From Lytechinus pictus (taxonomy: Eukaryota), in contig NC_087245.1 in the NCBI RefSeq assembly GCF_037042905.1, positions 17,238,001-17,302,000 on the forward strand: 64,000 nucleotides of DNA. Reading direction: 5' to 3'. A program made the position numbers and the translations under genes. Below are positions 13,201 through 28,200 of this stretch, piece by piece. The notes below the pieces were generated by a model. The model had not been told where the DNA came from. It worked only from the letters and a program-made list of their open reading frames with translations, and ran no database searches. The first letter of the stretch is position 1. The number at the start of each line of letters is the position of its first letter.

Positions 13201-16200
13201 GGTTTGTGAAAAAATCACAGAAATTCTCTCTCAACATAATTAATGTGTTATATGTCAAAGACAAATGTGATACAAACAGATAAAACCCTACTATTGCAAT
13301 TGAGCAAAATCAAAATACAAAGGGGTTCCGTTTAGATCAACCAACATCACATCAATCCTCAAAGAACCTCACTGGCTACACATCAAATCACGAATTCGCT
13401 TCAAAGTCCTTCTAATAACATTTAATCCTGTCCATGGTCTTGCCCCTCAATATATTTCTGAATTTGTTTCTCCATACACCCCTCAAGGACACTTAGATCA
13501 TCAACTCAACAAGTCCTTCAAGTACCTAGACTAAGAACTAAGACGCGTAGCGAAAGGTCCTTCTCCTACAGTGCCCCAACCCTTTGGAATTCCCTCCCCA
13601 GTACTCTCCGATCACAAAATAATCCTGGACTTTTCAAATCCCAACCTAAAACATTTCTCTTAGTGTTGATTAAGTGTTATTCTAAGTAATTCCTTATGTT
13701 TTATAATTTTATTTCTGTAAAGTGCATTGAGAGTCCTTTCAGGTCTGAAATGTGCTATATAAGAACTGCATTATTATTATTAGGTCTAAGCAGGCTGAGT
13801 TCTGAACATTTCAGAGGCTGATCCATACGGATTGAATACAATACCATTTCAGGGGTCATATTGTATCTTATCCAACTGGATCTGCACCAGCATATAATAA
13901 TCTTGCAATTCGATGGATCAAGATATATTGATATAGGGTGCCCATTTGTCCAGGAGCCAGTCAGAATCAAATGCTTTTACTTATTGTTCATTTAAAAAAT
14001 ATTTTCTTATTTTTCACCTTAAAAATACAGTGATGCACAATGTAAAAAAGCTCTGATGAAAAATTAGAAAATTACTTTTCACTTAGAAAAGGATATCCTA
14101 AAATATAATGAAGATGATCTCTCTACAAAGCCACCATGTGATTGAGTCAGAAAAAGGTAAGGTAGGTACATGTAGGTAAGGTCTAAATTGCAAACACTCA
14201 CAATTTGGCTCCTTCTGCCAGCTGGAGGAGCCTTTCATGATCCACCTGGAGCAGGTCTCCTGCATTTAAGAGCTCCAGGAGAGCCTGCTCCCTCTCTTCA
14301 TGCCTTGTCTCTCCAGATGGATTGGATAAAAATTCTAAAACCTGTCATAAAGATAGCACGTAAAACAAGTGAAAATGGTGCAATAAAGGAAATGAGCAAA
14401 GATTAAAAGAATAATTGGTAAGATAGAATACGACTGCAGTATCAAGAGAAAATGACATAAGGACAGGGGTGTTATGGATGACCAGTTGCACTCAAGTTTA
14501 CATTATATAACTAGAACTTTATATAATAAAATACCTGCATTCAATTGTACGAAATCACACATCTCATTTATGAGACCAATTTATAGCATTAAATAATACA
14601 TGTAGTGTGAGTGTTGAATCCTGTCAAAAACAGAGAAGTAATACACATCTTATAGGGAAAAGCAATACAAGAGTTTACTACAATTATGGAGACCATATAA
14701 AGCAAGTGTTTGGTTGAGATGAGTTTAACAGGCATGTACATGTACATGTACATGCACACTTTCAGGAGTAGCTATACATGTATGTAACTCAAAGAGAGGA
14801 CATGATGTCTATTGCTGCCAGTAGACTGATAAAATTTTCATATCCCCTATTCAAGATCATTCCATGCAAACATAACAAAGAAATATGCACAAAATATTTT
14901 TGTTCCACATCATTATTATTAATATCAGTCATAAAATAGACCACAAAACAATGTAAACACATCATGGAACTGGACACCAAATAATATCCTAAGACTGATT
15001 ATTAGTATACATGTATTTACTATCAAGATAAATTCTATAACAATCTTACACTTTGCATGAAACATTCATGATGGATAGATGAAGCATATAATTTGATAGA
15101 AGTAAGGATTTTTTTTCATACCTGTTCAAAGAGCATTCTATTGACGTAGATAGTGTTTTCATGTTTGGCCATCTGACGAGCTAGGAATGTGAAGAGACAG
15201 CCGACCTGAGCAGGCTAAAATGACAAGACAAAAAGATCAAAGAAAGTAGAAAATACATGGATGCCACTAAGAATTTATAGAAATAACACATTCATATTGA
15301 AAACAAAATTATGAAAAAAGTAGGAGTCCCTACTTTTCTCTAAAAAAGGCAACCTTGTAATTTAGAGATTTAATCAAATTCAATTGACATGAATAAAATC
15401 TGTACACAAGTATATTAAGGTCAATAAAAACACATTATTAAAAGCATGGTAGCAAATGTTAACACATTTCAATCATGAAAATCTTATCAGTTGCTCAATT
15501 GCTGCATCTCAACATCACAGCATAAGCAAATACTCAATGTATTGACAACAATTAATACAAAAATTGTAAAAAAATTGGTCTGTGAGAAAAGTCTGTGACA
15601 TATTAAGTATATAAATAAAAATCATATAATACTTCTCAACTACATATAATTCTTTTCATTGGATTATGTAACTTTACACTCAATATAAAAAAACCTATTC
15701 TATGCCAATCACTGACCATAATCATTATGTGTTACTTTACTTACCGAGAAGCCAACGCTTTCTACCATTACTTGTAGAAGAATGTCTACTATCCTTTGTC
15801 TAGATTGCATTGAACTGGAAAAATGGAAACATCAAAAGGTTATTGAGATTACTATTCATTATCAATATTCTTTCTTTAAAAAAAACTTCTCACCTGGGGA
15901 GCGTTTCATCAACATTACGACAAGCTGTCAGATCTGACAGCTCTTCTGGATTTTGATTGGCTGAGAAGCATTGTTACTGTGGTAACTGTCTGATAAAATG
16001 GGACTTGTCGGATAAAACGTCTGACAAGTCCTTTCATGAAACGCTCCCCTGAAATGTTCTATCCCGGAAATGCCATGACTCTCTAAATTAAACATACCAG
16101 AATTTCATATTTGGTAGAACTTAAAAATGATTTTTATGCACCTCAGCTGCACAGAAAAATGTGTTTGCACACAAGGGTTGGTTTGGAAATTGTGCATTAC

Positions 16201-19200
16201 CCATTTAGCTCTTTTCTTTTTACCACACACAGTACTCAGATTATCCTGAATATAATACCATAATGTAGGTCATATTTAAAAGACACCCATCTCCCCCAGA
16301 CATTCTCACAATTCATTAGTACTCCAAATTTGACTTGGCATTTATTTGCAAGTACAATACAGAATACATAATCTACATTTTGAAAAAATCCTTTAAAATT
16401 AAATAGTTGTAATATCATGAAACTTTTATTTACATACATGTATGACGGCAACATCAATAGAAGAAAATTCCATAAAACAATCAAACTATTTAGTATGTCC
16501 AACTCATATTTTACTCCAATCTTAATTCATTTTACATACTAATCAATCCAAAAAAAAATTTGTTTTGGATGGTCAGACAGACAGGCATGAGGGGTCAGTC
16601 GTACAGTGTAATACTTTACAGAATCTTGATTTCTTACTTAGCTTCCTGAGGTGCATCAAACTCTGGTTCCTCAAACGCTAGGGACAGGACATTGAGGAAC
16701 TCCCTGGTGTCAAAGGTCAATAGGGTTCGAAGGTTAGGGTAGGTTGGTTCATCTGGGGACGGGTCTTTGGTATGAAGTGCTGTCAGACATTTCCAAACCT
16801 ACAGTAATTAACAATTATAACAAACAGGAAATATAAAAAGCAGCGCAAAAAAGCCTCTTGAAGAGGTCCATGTATGTCTGAGGAATAAGGCATCATAAGG
16901 ACATGAGTATTGGTTACTTCATGGCACTTGCACATCCAGGATTGCCAAGTAAGGGGAACTTGTGCCTGCCCCCCCCCAAAAAAAAAAGGTTCATTACTCC
17001 AATGGCACCCCTCCCTGGATCCGCCACTGTTTCATAGTGGTTACTTCAGGCCCATAACAGACATTCTTAGGAACTTGCTATAGCTCTGGTAAAATTTAGT
17101 ATTTCAGCATTTAGGGGAGTGTGAAAAGTTTAGCACATCTAGAAATGGTGTTGGTATTTACAGGTGATAACAATTTCTAAACATGAGATAATATCCAACC
17201 AAAAAGAATTATTAATTAATGGGTACATGTATAATTCTATAGAAGAAATATATTACCATGTAATATGGTATTTTTATTATTAAGTAATTTGTCAGACATG
17301 CCAAACCTATAATCATTTCAGACCCTTTTCTTACCCATCACTATACATCAAATTCATAACACCCATATTAAAGATATTCAATCTAAACATAGATTACAAA
17401 AAGCATGCAAGTCTTTTAAAAATTCAATAAAATTAATTTAATAATTCAGAGTTGACCCCTCCCCCCAAAAATATTTTTACTTTGCTTTCAAGAATTGGGG
17501 TAGGGGATTCTTGTGCATGGTCTATGGGATGTACAGAATATAGAAGTCAATGGATTAAAATACAAACAAAATATTCTTACCCCCTGCTTGACATCTTGGA
17601 CTAGGTGTGTTGGTATATCACCCATAGGGTATGCCCTGCCTGCAAGGCAACAACTGAAAGAAAATAAAAACATAGAAAAGAGTGTTATATATTTCACCCC
17701 AAACTAAAATATGCATAGTAGGATCGTCATGAACAATTAAGACAATTACAAGCTCCATTTCACTAATTCTTTCATGATATTTACAGAAAGTTAACTCTTA
17801 CCTGATATACACAAGCAACTTGTTTCCTAGTCTTATTTGGTTGTCTGGGTAAGAAAAAACAAAAACAAACCAAGGAGAGTAATTTATCTGATTATCTACA
17901 ATAAATATTTCAAATAGAAAGCGATCACCATGATTTCCATATGTGACAAAGCAGGGCTCCACACTAACCCTTTTTTCCTACTGGTCCAACCTGATCATGT
18001 CGGACCAGTACATTGCCAGTTTTTCAATTTTTTACTGGACCGAACCTAAAATTTACTGGTCCCAAAAAATAAGGAAAAATATAAAAAAGACTTGAGTTTA
18101 TTTTGCTGTCTTTTATTGCTTATTGTTACCCCCCCCAAAAAAAAAAAGTACACACACACAACATAATTCATGAGAGCCATTCTTATAATTTACAAAAGAG
18201 AAGAAAATATATTTTGTATCAGATAGATATAATCTTACTGGTCATTTTGGACCAGTAAATCTGGCTTTTTCTGAAAAGTTACTGGTCCGACAGCAATTTT
18301 GACTGGTCTAGGACCGTCGGACCAGTGCCAGTGTCGCGCGTTGGACAAAGTGAATATGGTGGGTAAATTCAGAGGGTGGTATGTGGTGTAGTGTTTTTTT
18401 TTTTTACAAATTCACTCTACTTTTCCATTTTTACTTACATCTAGAGCTCTTTTGATCTAACCCTATCTTCAGCACTTTTATAAATGAAATTTACAAATAT
18501 CGAATTATGATGATAATTTTTTAATATTCCAATTCATCACAGCAGGATGTTTTTCCAGGGTGCTAGCCAGAAAGAGAAGAATGTGCATACATCATGAATA
18601 ACATGAGTGAGAGGGAGAAAAAATGTCAACATTTTGTCTAGGGAGTCAAACAAACACATATTACCAACCTGAACAAAAACATTTCAATATTTTAAAAGCT
18701 GAAAATCATTGATTTGGTGAGGAAATCAATATCTTCAAGGAAATGCCATCTATAAGACAACGCATAAAACTGAAATCAGTAGAAATCAGTATTTTGCACG
18801 AATCATTAGTATTCTTCTCACTTCCAGAACAAATAACTGAAAATCAGTACTACTTGACAGCTCTGAATTCAATTCAAGAAAGCTCAATGGGGAGTAAAAA
18901 AAGAAATGAATTAATCTGTTGTGACAGCTACAATTCTGGATACAATCTGAAGAAATACAATGTCCAAATACACAGCAGAATATACAACAAAACATCACAA
19001 GAATAATCCCAGGGAGTGGAGAGAGTGCATTCCAAATAATCTATTTTTCATTAATCCATACCTGACAGTTGACTGCTGGCTCTGACAGCAGCTCTAAGCA
19101 GCTGTAGAAGCTCTTCCAGAGGAGTTACGTAATCATTCATCCCTTTGTTGTACACGTAGATGATGGCGTCGTACAAACCATAAGCCCAACAAAGTGATAC

Positions 19201-22200
19201 AACCTTGTAAAGGAAAAACAAAACATCATTGACAAAGTCACATAAGTAAAAACTCTAAATTGGCAGCAATAATAGTGTTTTTTATGATTTCAACACTGAA
19301 CTTGGTGTTTCTTTTCAGGACCAAACACATGACAAAAAAGATACATACATGATACATGTCACTATCTTTTGAACAAAATAATTCATCATTTCCACACAGA
19401 GACTGAACAGTTCCATTAAAAAAAAAACAGTTTCTGCACAGGGAATCATGGACTTCCAATATCATATATTCAATGGTACTATAGAAAGCTTCCATTATCC
19501 CATTTCCTTGAATTGGTCATGACTCATATATGTTCTTGGACAGCCCATAGTTAAATGTTTGAGCATCTGCCAAATATCAGACTGGATTAGATAGTCTTGT
19601 GCAACTCGGTCCTTATCAACTTACTTGATGAATATCTAAACTTGCAATGTCCATATGCACTATACAGGCCTCGACATTGGATATCAGCTCTTTCTCCCGA
19701 TAGTGCTCAATGAAATCTTTCATGACCTCAGGGGTCACAGAGGTCAAACGGTCGTTGAGGATGTACGGCTCCAGGCACTCTAGGTACACCCCCTTGGCGA
19801 TGATGTCATGTCTGAACTTCTCGTAGATTGATCCGAACAGAACGTCCCTATTAAAGGCAGAGAAACGTATATAGTGTAACACATGAACACACCTACCTAC
19901 AGTGGTTATTACTCTCACACCTCGTCAACCTGGATATCCACAGAGTAGCTCATAGTCAGTAAACAGCTTAATAAGATCAACAGAAAGTCCTGCAGAAGCA
20001 TATCTGAATATCTAAAACTTCAAACTGTGACTGTAATAGATCATTTGAAGATAAAATATATGGTATAAATAGTCATTTATGACTCATCAAATAATCAATA
20101 CAATACAGCTGCTACAGGTTTAACCCGTTATTCCGTATGGTGTCTAGCGATACAACCTGTGCAATGATGCATGCATTGTTAACAAAGAAGGTCTTTGTAT
20201 TTTCTGTCGAGATGAAAATTGAGTTCTTTTCTCATGAATTTCATTTTTCACTACACTCTCACTGATATCACCTGCATCTTTATTGCTTGACCTTTCACCA
20301 TACCCATATCTGAAGTGGGAGAGTCTGTGATTAAATGCATAACCACATATTAGCATTAATTTCACAAAGCTACTAAATCATAGCTAAAATTACAGCAATA
20401 ATGAAGTGATATACCGAACTTGTAGTGAATTAAACATAACTTGGTAACAAACTGGACATCCAAATTTATAACCAAGCACCTTGGACTTGCCTTCTATAGG
20501 TAATCATGGCAAATATATATAAGTATAAAAAAATAATGAAAATGTTTACTTACTTTCTCCCGAGCATCAGGCAATGTTCTACACAAACTGGTACAACTCT
20601 CTGTAAAATGAATAAGATAGAAGGTGAAAATATGGCTGATGAATGTTAATTAACAATAACAAAAATAAAAGAAGAAGGGAAATCTAAGCAAGATGACAAA
20701 TTGTTCCAAAAGAAAGAAAAAACTCAAAGAAGTAGAATGATAAAAATTTAAACAGAGATTAATTGAAAGTCGTGAATTCCAATAGTTTGAATCAATACTC
20801 AAAGAGAAAAACTTCTACATTTGCTAAAATAAGTCCTTGAAATTCCATCTTCTTCTAAAGCTTTACTAAAAAGGACCCTTTTTGTGAGCAACTACAATGA
20901 TATACATGTACATGTAGTATCTATATGTATTTTGATTAATGCAGAGAGGGGAGAATCAATTTGAAGTCAAATGATCATTAAGAAAGCATTAATTGAAAAA
21001 GAGTTGTCATAAGTATTTTTAATAATCAAGTACCATAGACTGCCATTTTCAGATTTAAGACAGTATTAGGTGTTTCCTTTGTCTGCTTTCACATTAATTT
21101 CATTACCGATGTTAGATTACCCTAGCGATTACCGGTACAACTGATTTAGCAAGAAGAAAGACAAGTCTTACTTGAAAGTGTTCTTCTAGCAGGTGAATTG
21201 CTCCTCTCTCAGGTCCTTGCTTCATTGAGATCTCAACAAAATCAAATAAGATCTGAAGAATCTAAGAATAGCAAACAAAATAACATGAATTAATAGTCTA
21301 CATAAATCAAGAGAGTAATACCACAGGAGCATTTCGTGAAAAAAAAATTGTCAGTGATCCTACTGCCTATATGTTATAAGCTACTTAAATTCTTGCATCT
21401 GATTGGCTCAGAGAAATTTTGTCAGTGAAAAGGACTGACAAGATGCTCTATGAGACACTCTCCAGAAGTAAAATTTGGGATTGAATAGAAGAAGCAGACA
21501 TGTCAACCGTTACTCTTTGAGAGTATTTGTTACTCTTTTTTGGCTATGAATACGCCAATACGTTTTTTTATATGATTTGTTACATTTTTTCAAAATTTCC
21601 AATCATGGAGAATCGTGTTATACACGATCAGCTCTCCATAGACCGAGTCACAGCGCTTATCCACGTTCCGTGGCCTTCACGATCCATCATACATCGCTGT
21701 GGCCCTAAACCGCGCATGGCTACCGCGTGTCACATTGCATGCATGCTCAGCAGGGAGAGAAGACTGTATAATCAAAGTTTTATTCTTCAGTGAGGAATTA
21801 CTTTGTTACAGCTTGCAACTACATAATTACAAAGTTCCCTCTTCAAGATGATGTCCTGAAACATGCAATGGTGGCTAACCCAACAAAGCGACTAGACATG
21901 ACCTACTCTTCAGTTGCCTATTTTGAAGATAGGTTCAAGCTTGAAAGCATTGACAAAGATGCTCTGGAGTTAGAATTCGAATCATACCAAGTAGATACTT
22001 TGAATGGGGTGAGAGAGCAGATGGGCTCAGATTTCTAACATGGAGAATAGAATCACTGGCACCAAGAAGTATCCCAACCTGAGTAAGGTCATTCTGACCA
22101 TTCTGACCATCGAGCATAGCAATGCAACTGACAAACGCATCTTTTCGCGAGTCAGGAAGAACTCAACAGAGTTTGGAGCAAGTTTGAAGACTTCAACAAT

Positions 22201-25200
22201 ATCAGACTTTCTTACTCGGAAGGTGTGGAATCAAGCAATGGGCCAAGATTGTCGCCAAATCAACTTCTCTGACAAACTCCTAGAGAAACGCAAATGAGCA
22301 ACAGTTGCATACAACTCAAAATCTCATGAGATGCAGCCCACTTAAAGTAATATATGTACATTGAATGCAGAAAGTTTGAACTCAGTATGCAACTTAACAC
22401 CGCAGATGTGAACCCATAGGAAAGCATTTCACTTTAGTTTGATAGAGCTGAACAATGGTGATGCAATTTTAAGTCATAACTGAACTTCAGAAGTTGCATT
22501 AGAGTGTAGTGGTAACTAAAACATTGGCATCTGCTGTCAGTACAATAGGACAGTTTACATTAAAGTTAGAAATATGGAGCTGCTTTAAAAGACAGAACTG
22601 AAATTTGAAAGCTTTTCAGAGTTTTAATTAGACAAGATATTTCCCATGTAGAATTGGACTCCTGACATTGGAACTGCATTTGATGTAGAACTGAACTGTG
22701 GAAGGTAGTCCAAATTGAAATGAGACACAATTACAGGAGGCTGAAAGGAATTGCTTCTATTCAAATACATGTTTATACCAAATGGAATAAAAGTCACATA
22801 CATATGGTAAATGTGAATTTTATTGGAGAAACTATAAACCTTTTATTTTTTTAATGGGGTGTTCCAGGTAATTTTCACGTTTTCTCATCAGGTTGTACAT
22901 AATCAATAGTGAATGTACATATCATATTTGTGAAATTTACTGTGTTCCCTTTAAAAATCAATACTCTGAAAATTAAAACAAGGATAATGTAATATGAGTG
23001 ACAGTGCTCACACTTTCAAGTAATGCAATACCACTTGCTTAACATTTTCACCTATAGACTTTATGCAGACCTGCTTCTATTGCTCAGCATCCTCTAGAAC
23101 CAAAATCATTCATTATGTAAGCTGCTGTTTCATCATCATTGTTCAATGTGATAAATAGATATATTTTTAATTTTGAAAACATTCTTATTTTTCATCTGGA
23201 TAATGAAACTTTGTACACAGTTTGTAAATATTAATACATACTCAGATGTAACAGTATGGAAATCATCTTAAGGTCTCTAAAGTTTAGTGTACAGTTAAAT
23301 ACATATGTGGAAGTCTGAACAAATGATACATGTGTAGTAGTTTGTAGACATGATGAAAGTTTCAATTATGAGAGTAGATCTGTCTATTTTTTACATAGAG
23401 GATATATTATGGTCTTTTTTATGGAAAGTGTCAAATTTGATACATGGATGTGATTTCAGAGTCTGATTTGTGCGTTCGCTCAGACTTGTTGCATGAAAAA
23501 GAAAAGTAAATTCTTGCTTACGAGCACAAGTAGAGTCATTTCACATGTTTTTTCACTGATCTGACTACAATAGGCTGGCGATTGTTACATGTACGTTGAG
23601 ACAAATTTCTTTAAAATACTCTTTTTTGTCAAAAATACTCTTTGTCAAAAAATACTCCTTTTTTCCTTCTAAGAATACTTTTTTGGTTGTAGGTTGGCAG
23701 GTCTGAAGAAGAAAAATTTCCACATCAACAAGTTGGCTTAGTAAAATAAAACAGTACAAAAATGAAAATGTCATCAAAAATTTATAATGTCTTGCAAGAT
23801 ATCAACTGACATTTAGTACCCTCCCCTTTGGTGATGATAGGTAACCTAGTCAAATGTTCCCCAGGGAGTGGATGTATTCACTGTGAGCTGAGAAACTTGA
23901 CCAGGGTAGTGCTACTGTACTTGTATGTTACACTCAATTTTACAAATTTATGCATGGTTGCATGTTGTTTGGTGCTTAATTAGATTCTCAATCCCCTTAC
24001 TTCTCAGGAGGTAAAGGTAAAATCTGATATCTGCACATACAAAATATTGTTGGTAACAAATATTTGAATGCAACATCCACATTGACATATGTTAAGATTT
24101 CATTGGGATAATAGGAAATATACTCCCACTACACTCTAAAAACAGGTTTACCCAATAGTGGGTAAAATGGGAACATGCAGGGGCATAAAAAGCTGTGAGC
24201 ACCGGAACTAGTAGACTTCTAAAGTAGCTAAGCCGGGGCAATATAGGAGCACCTTGAGCACTTAACCATATAAAAAAATATTTTGTAAATATTATGCAAT
24301 GTTGCGTTGAAATAGCCCAATATGGGGTAAAAAAATACCCAGCAAATATGCATGTTCCCTTTCTACCCAATATTGGGTAAAATTTTACTGTGTTTGTAGA
24401 GAGTACGCTTGAACAGGGAGGTACTGTATATTTGGGTATCTCAATCAGCACAACAACAGATCACCAGTTGTGTGCAAAGTTATGTGAAACATACAAACAG
24501 CTTCATGAAACAGCTGACAGATAAAACATTACTATTATTAAGAGCAATTTGCAAAGTACCTTGTCAGCAACTGCTGCCTGTCTCTGGGGTTGCTTCTTTA
24601 CAAGACCTGAAGAAAAAAAAAAGAATTAGGAGAAAGTTAATATTTAGTTAAGAATATAATCCCCTAGAATACATTGGGATATAAAGAACTGTTAAAACGT
24701 GTCACTTTGAACCTATCTTTGATCTGGGATGGAGAGGGGGGGGGGGGGGGGGGGGTAATATCAAAAGATTGTATTGAATTGTAATATTTGATTGTACATG
24801 ATCATATTGACATCCACTATAGTCTTTGCCATAAAAGATCATAGTCAAGATTACAAGATTTAAACAGCCTTCAAAAGTGTCTATGTATATTGAACTCTTT
24901 TTTTTCAAAGGCAAGAAGTCCTGTTAATTAAGTTTGTAGAACACCTGTAAATAAAACAAAAATGGGATTCAGAATCTCAGCTTGAAATAGAAAATATATG
25001 TAGAGGTAAGCAAAGCAGATGGTATCACTGCTTTCAAGTATAAAATCAACTAATTCATGCCTTTCTCAATACTGTATACTACATGAAATAAACATACTTG
25101 CCATCATGCATATGTATTTCTCATCTTCTATGAACAATCATTATATGTAAATCTTTCAACCTTCTTATTCAATGTACCCTTTCTTTTTTTCTTTTTATAA

Positions 25201-28200
25201 TTATTATGTAAATCTTACCAATCACTGCCTTTGCTTTGCCATTATAAAAGGAGCTGGCAAGCTGGAGGGAGTCCTTGTACTTGCCAGCCTTCAATAAAAC
25301 TTCCAGTCGCTGTGAAATGGAATAACAATGATACAAATGACATTAAAAAGCAGCAAAAAATATGCACCATAGTTATAATATATGCCACTGAGGCATGCAA
25401 ATGGGAACATTCGAATTAATCATCCTCTTTCAATGTTTAAATAAAAAGTACTTGTCTTTATTGAAGAAAAGGGATGTAATAGATAAAGATATGACATCAT
25501 ACCATAACATGATTAAACAACTGCAGCTTAAATGCTACATCAACATCCCAAATCTGCAATAACAATACTCATAAAACCACTGCAAATATTTCACGAAGAA
25601 AAATAAGACTGAACACTAAATCAAAGAAGGCTACACCACTTGATGATCATTATGAAATTATTCAGTAAATATAGACTTTTTGAATTGTCCTAGAGATTTT
25701 CATTGGACTTTCACACAAATAAATGAGTAAGGAATAAGCGTACCTGCTGCCATGTCCTGAGGTTCATTACATGAAGAGACTGTATAAAACAAGACAATAT
25801 AACATAATTGAATCTCACAAACAACATCAGTAACAACTACACATCCAATCAGCACAACCAACATCTAAGACAAAGATATCTTGTTTTACTCATCAATTAT
25901 CAGAAAATTCCCTTTGCTCCCTCATTTTTCATTTAGTTTCTGATTTATTCCTCTTTATTTTCCCTTAGCTTTACAAAAAATGGACCATATCAATTAGTTT
26001 ATACTACTTTCTCATTTATATTTGCCTCCTTTGAACCTACCGCAACCAAAATCAAAATGAAAGATGTATGTGTATCATTAATAACGTAAACAAGGTACCA
26101 CATAAGTCTGAACACACTGACACCTATTTTGATCCCTGGTTAAACTTAACCTGGCTCTATTCAATCATTAGGAATCTATTAAGCATATACATATAATAAT
26201 TCCAAGACAGTGTTTGATCATGTTATATGTAAGTCATTGATATTATATTTTAAGTGTCAATGAAGTTGACAATAAAATAACTATCGCTGTGACATACATG
26301 TATCTGGTCACCCATGGTCAACAGTTAATTTTTTTTTAATATAATAAATTCCAAATTCAACCCAAGTTCAGAATAGGAACTCCTTCTAATCAGGACAAAA
26401 TCTCAATAATCTAATCACAACAAAGCTAAGGAACTTCAATACAAAGTGTTCATTAAAATAAAATTTGGTGTTATACCTTTGTACCAAGAATAATTAGCTG
26501 TCCTTTGTTGGTGGCAATAGATTGGTAGCACGCCCTTTCCCCTGCAAGTGCCTGTAATTATAATACATGTTATAAAACCAAATATTTCTCATTTTCAATC
26601 AAGAAACCACATAGACAATAGTATCCCTTCTATTCAGCTATCTAAACTCCAGAATAAATCATTGACACTAAGAGAGCAAGAACACCTAAATGTCATGAAT
26701 ATTAGTGCTGGAATTGGAACAATAGTCATTTCATATAGATACAGAAACTCAACAGTATCATATGCAATCCCTGAACATTCCTTACTGTAGTATTCAGTTT
26801 TCATGGAAATTTTTTTTAGCAGATCAGGAAGACCTTTCTCATTCAGTAACAAGGTGATTGCGGATAAAGTGATAAATGCAGACAAAATCTATATATATTG
26901 ATAAATTGAATACTGGTAAAAAAAATTGCAGCTTTGGCATCACTTACAGCAAATCCTAAATGATCTCTTGACAATGCTTTGTTATTCGAAGATTACAATT
27001 ACTAAATGATCTTTCATTCATTGCTTTGCTGACTTTACTTATCACAACCCCTCAAATAACAACAAAAAACATCAACTCCATTTTGACCTTGTGCCAATAT
27101 TGTTGAATCTAAAATCAGAGACTTTAAAATATCACCCAACGCCACAAGAATCTTCAACCATTTATTGCTGCCATACTATCCCCAACGCTCCAGTGACAAC
27201 AAACTACAAGGTGATATCTTACCAATGCTTTGCTGACATTGCCTCCTGTGGCAAGGCTCTTGAAGTGACTGCTACCATAAACGAGCTCAACGTCTCCGAG
27301 ATCGATGACCTCCAGCTCTTCTTCTGACTTGACATCGATGACATGGAGCTTCTCCGTTGTATCCACTGTCACTAGAGTCTTTGCATTCATCCACTAGAAA
27401 TTATAATATTTAAATATTCACTAAATATGCATACAGCTGTTTGGATGACAAGATCTAGTATCCTGGATTTCTGGAGTGATCACTTTACTTTGAATGGCTA
27501 TAGTATGTGAAGTCATGACCCAATCCAAATTTATACTCAAATAAAATGATGAAACAATTTTTCATGCTAAAGGAACCCTTCTCTTCACTCTACTAAATAT
27601 TACATTTCTCAAGATGTAAACATTTTAGTGCCCCTGCAGAATATATTGAACAGCTTATTGAATACACAATGTCATTACATTTCATATTGATACTTTTTGG
27701 GTAAACATCCAAAAACCAACATGCCCATGTGACAATGCAATGAATATATAAATTGACCTAGTAATATATATCTACAAACTCCAACTTCTTTTACTTCCTG
27801 TTAAATGCATATTATTCAATTTCTCTTTTTTTCAAAACCATTCATGAATAAGTAAAACATTCTTCTGTGTTGAATTCCTCCATTCACTGGAAAACTGCAA
27901 GCCAAGAGTTGCAGCAAGAGCAAAGTCAGATGATGAGTGGACTATTAGTGATAGTTTCCAGCAGTTTATCAACATGACACTGTCTTAAGAATTGTTTATC
28001 ATATACAAACTGAAGAAGTCAGGAAAATGGTATATGTTTGAGACTTAAGCCATTTCATTAACTTCTGAATGTATTACTGTCAGTCTACTATCACAATTTC
28101 TCATACACTTCTGAAAATGAAAATATCTCTCTCAAGAGGGATGCCATTTCTCTTATTTTCTATATTTTTCACATATACCAGACATTGAATAGAACTCTGC

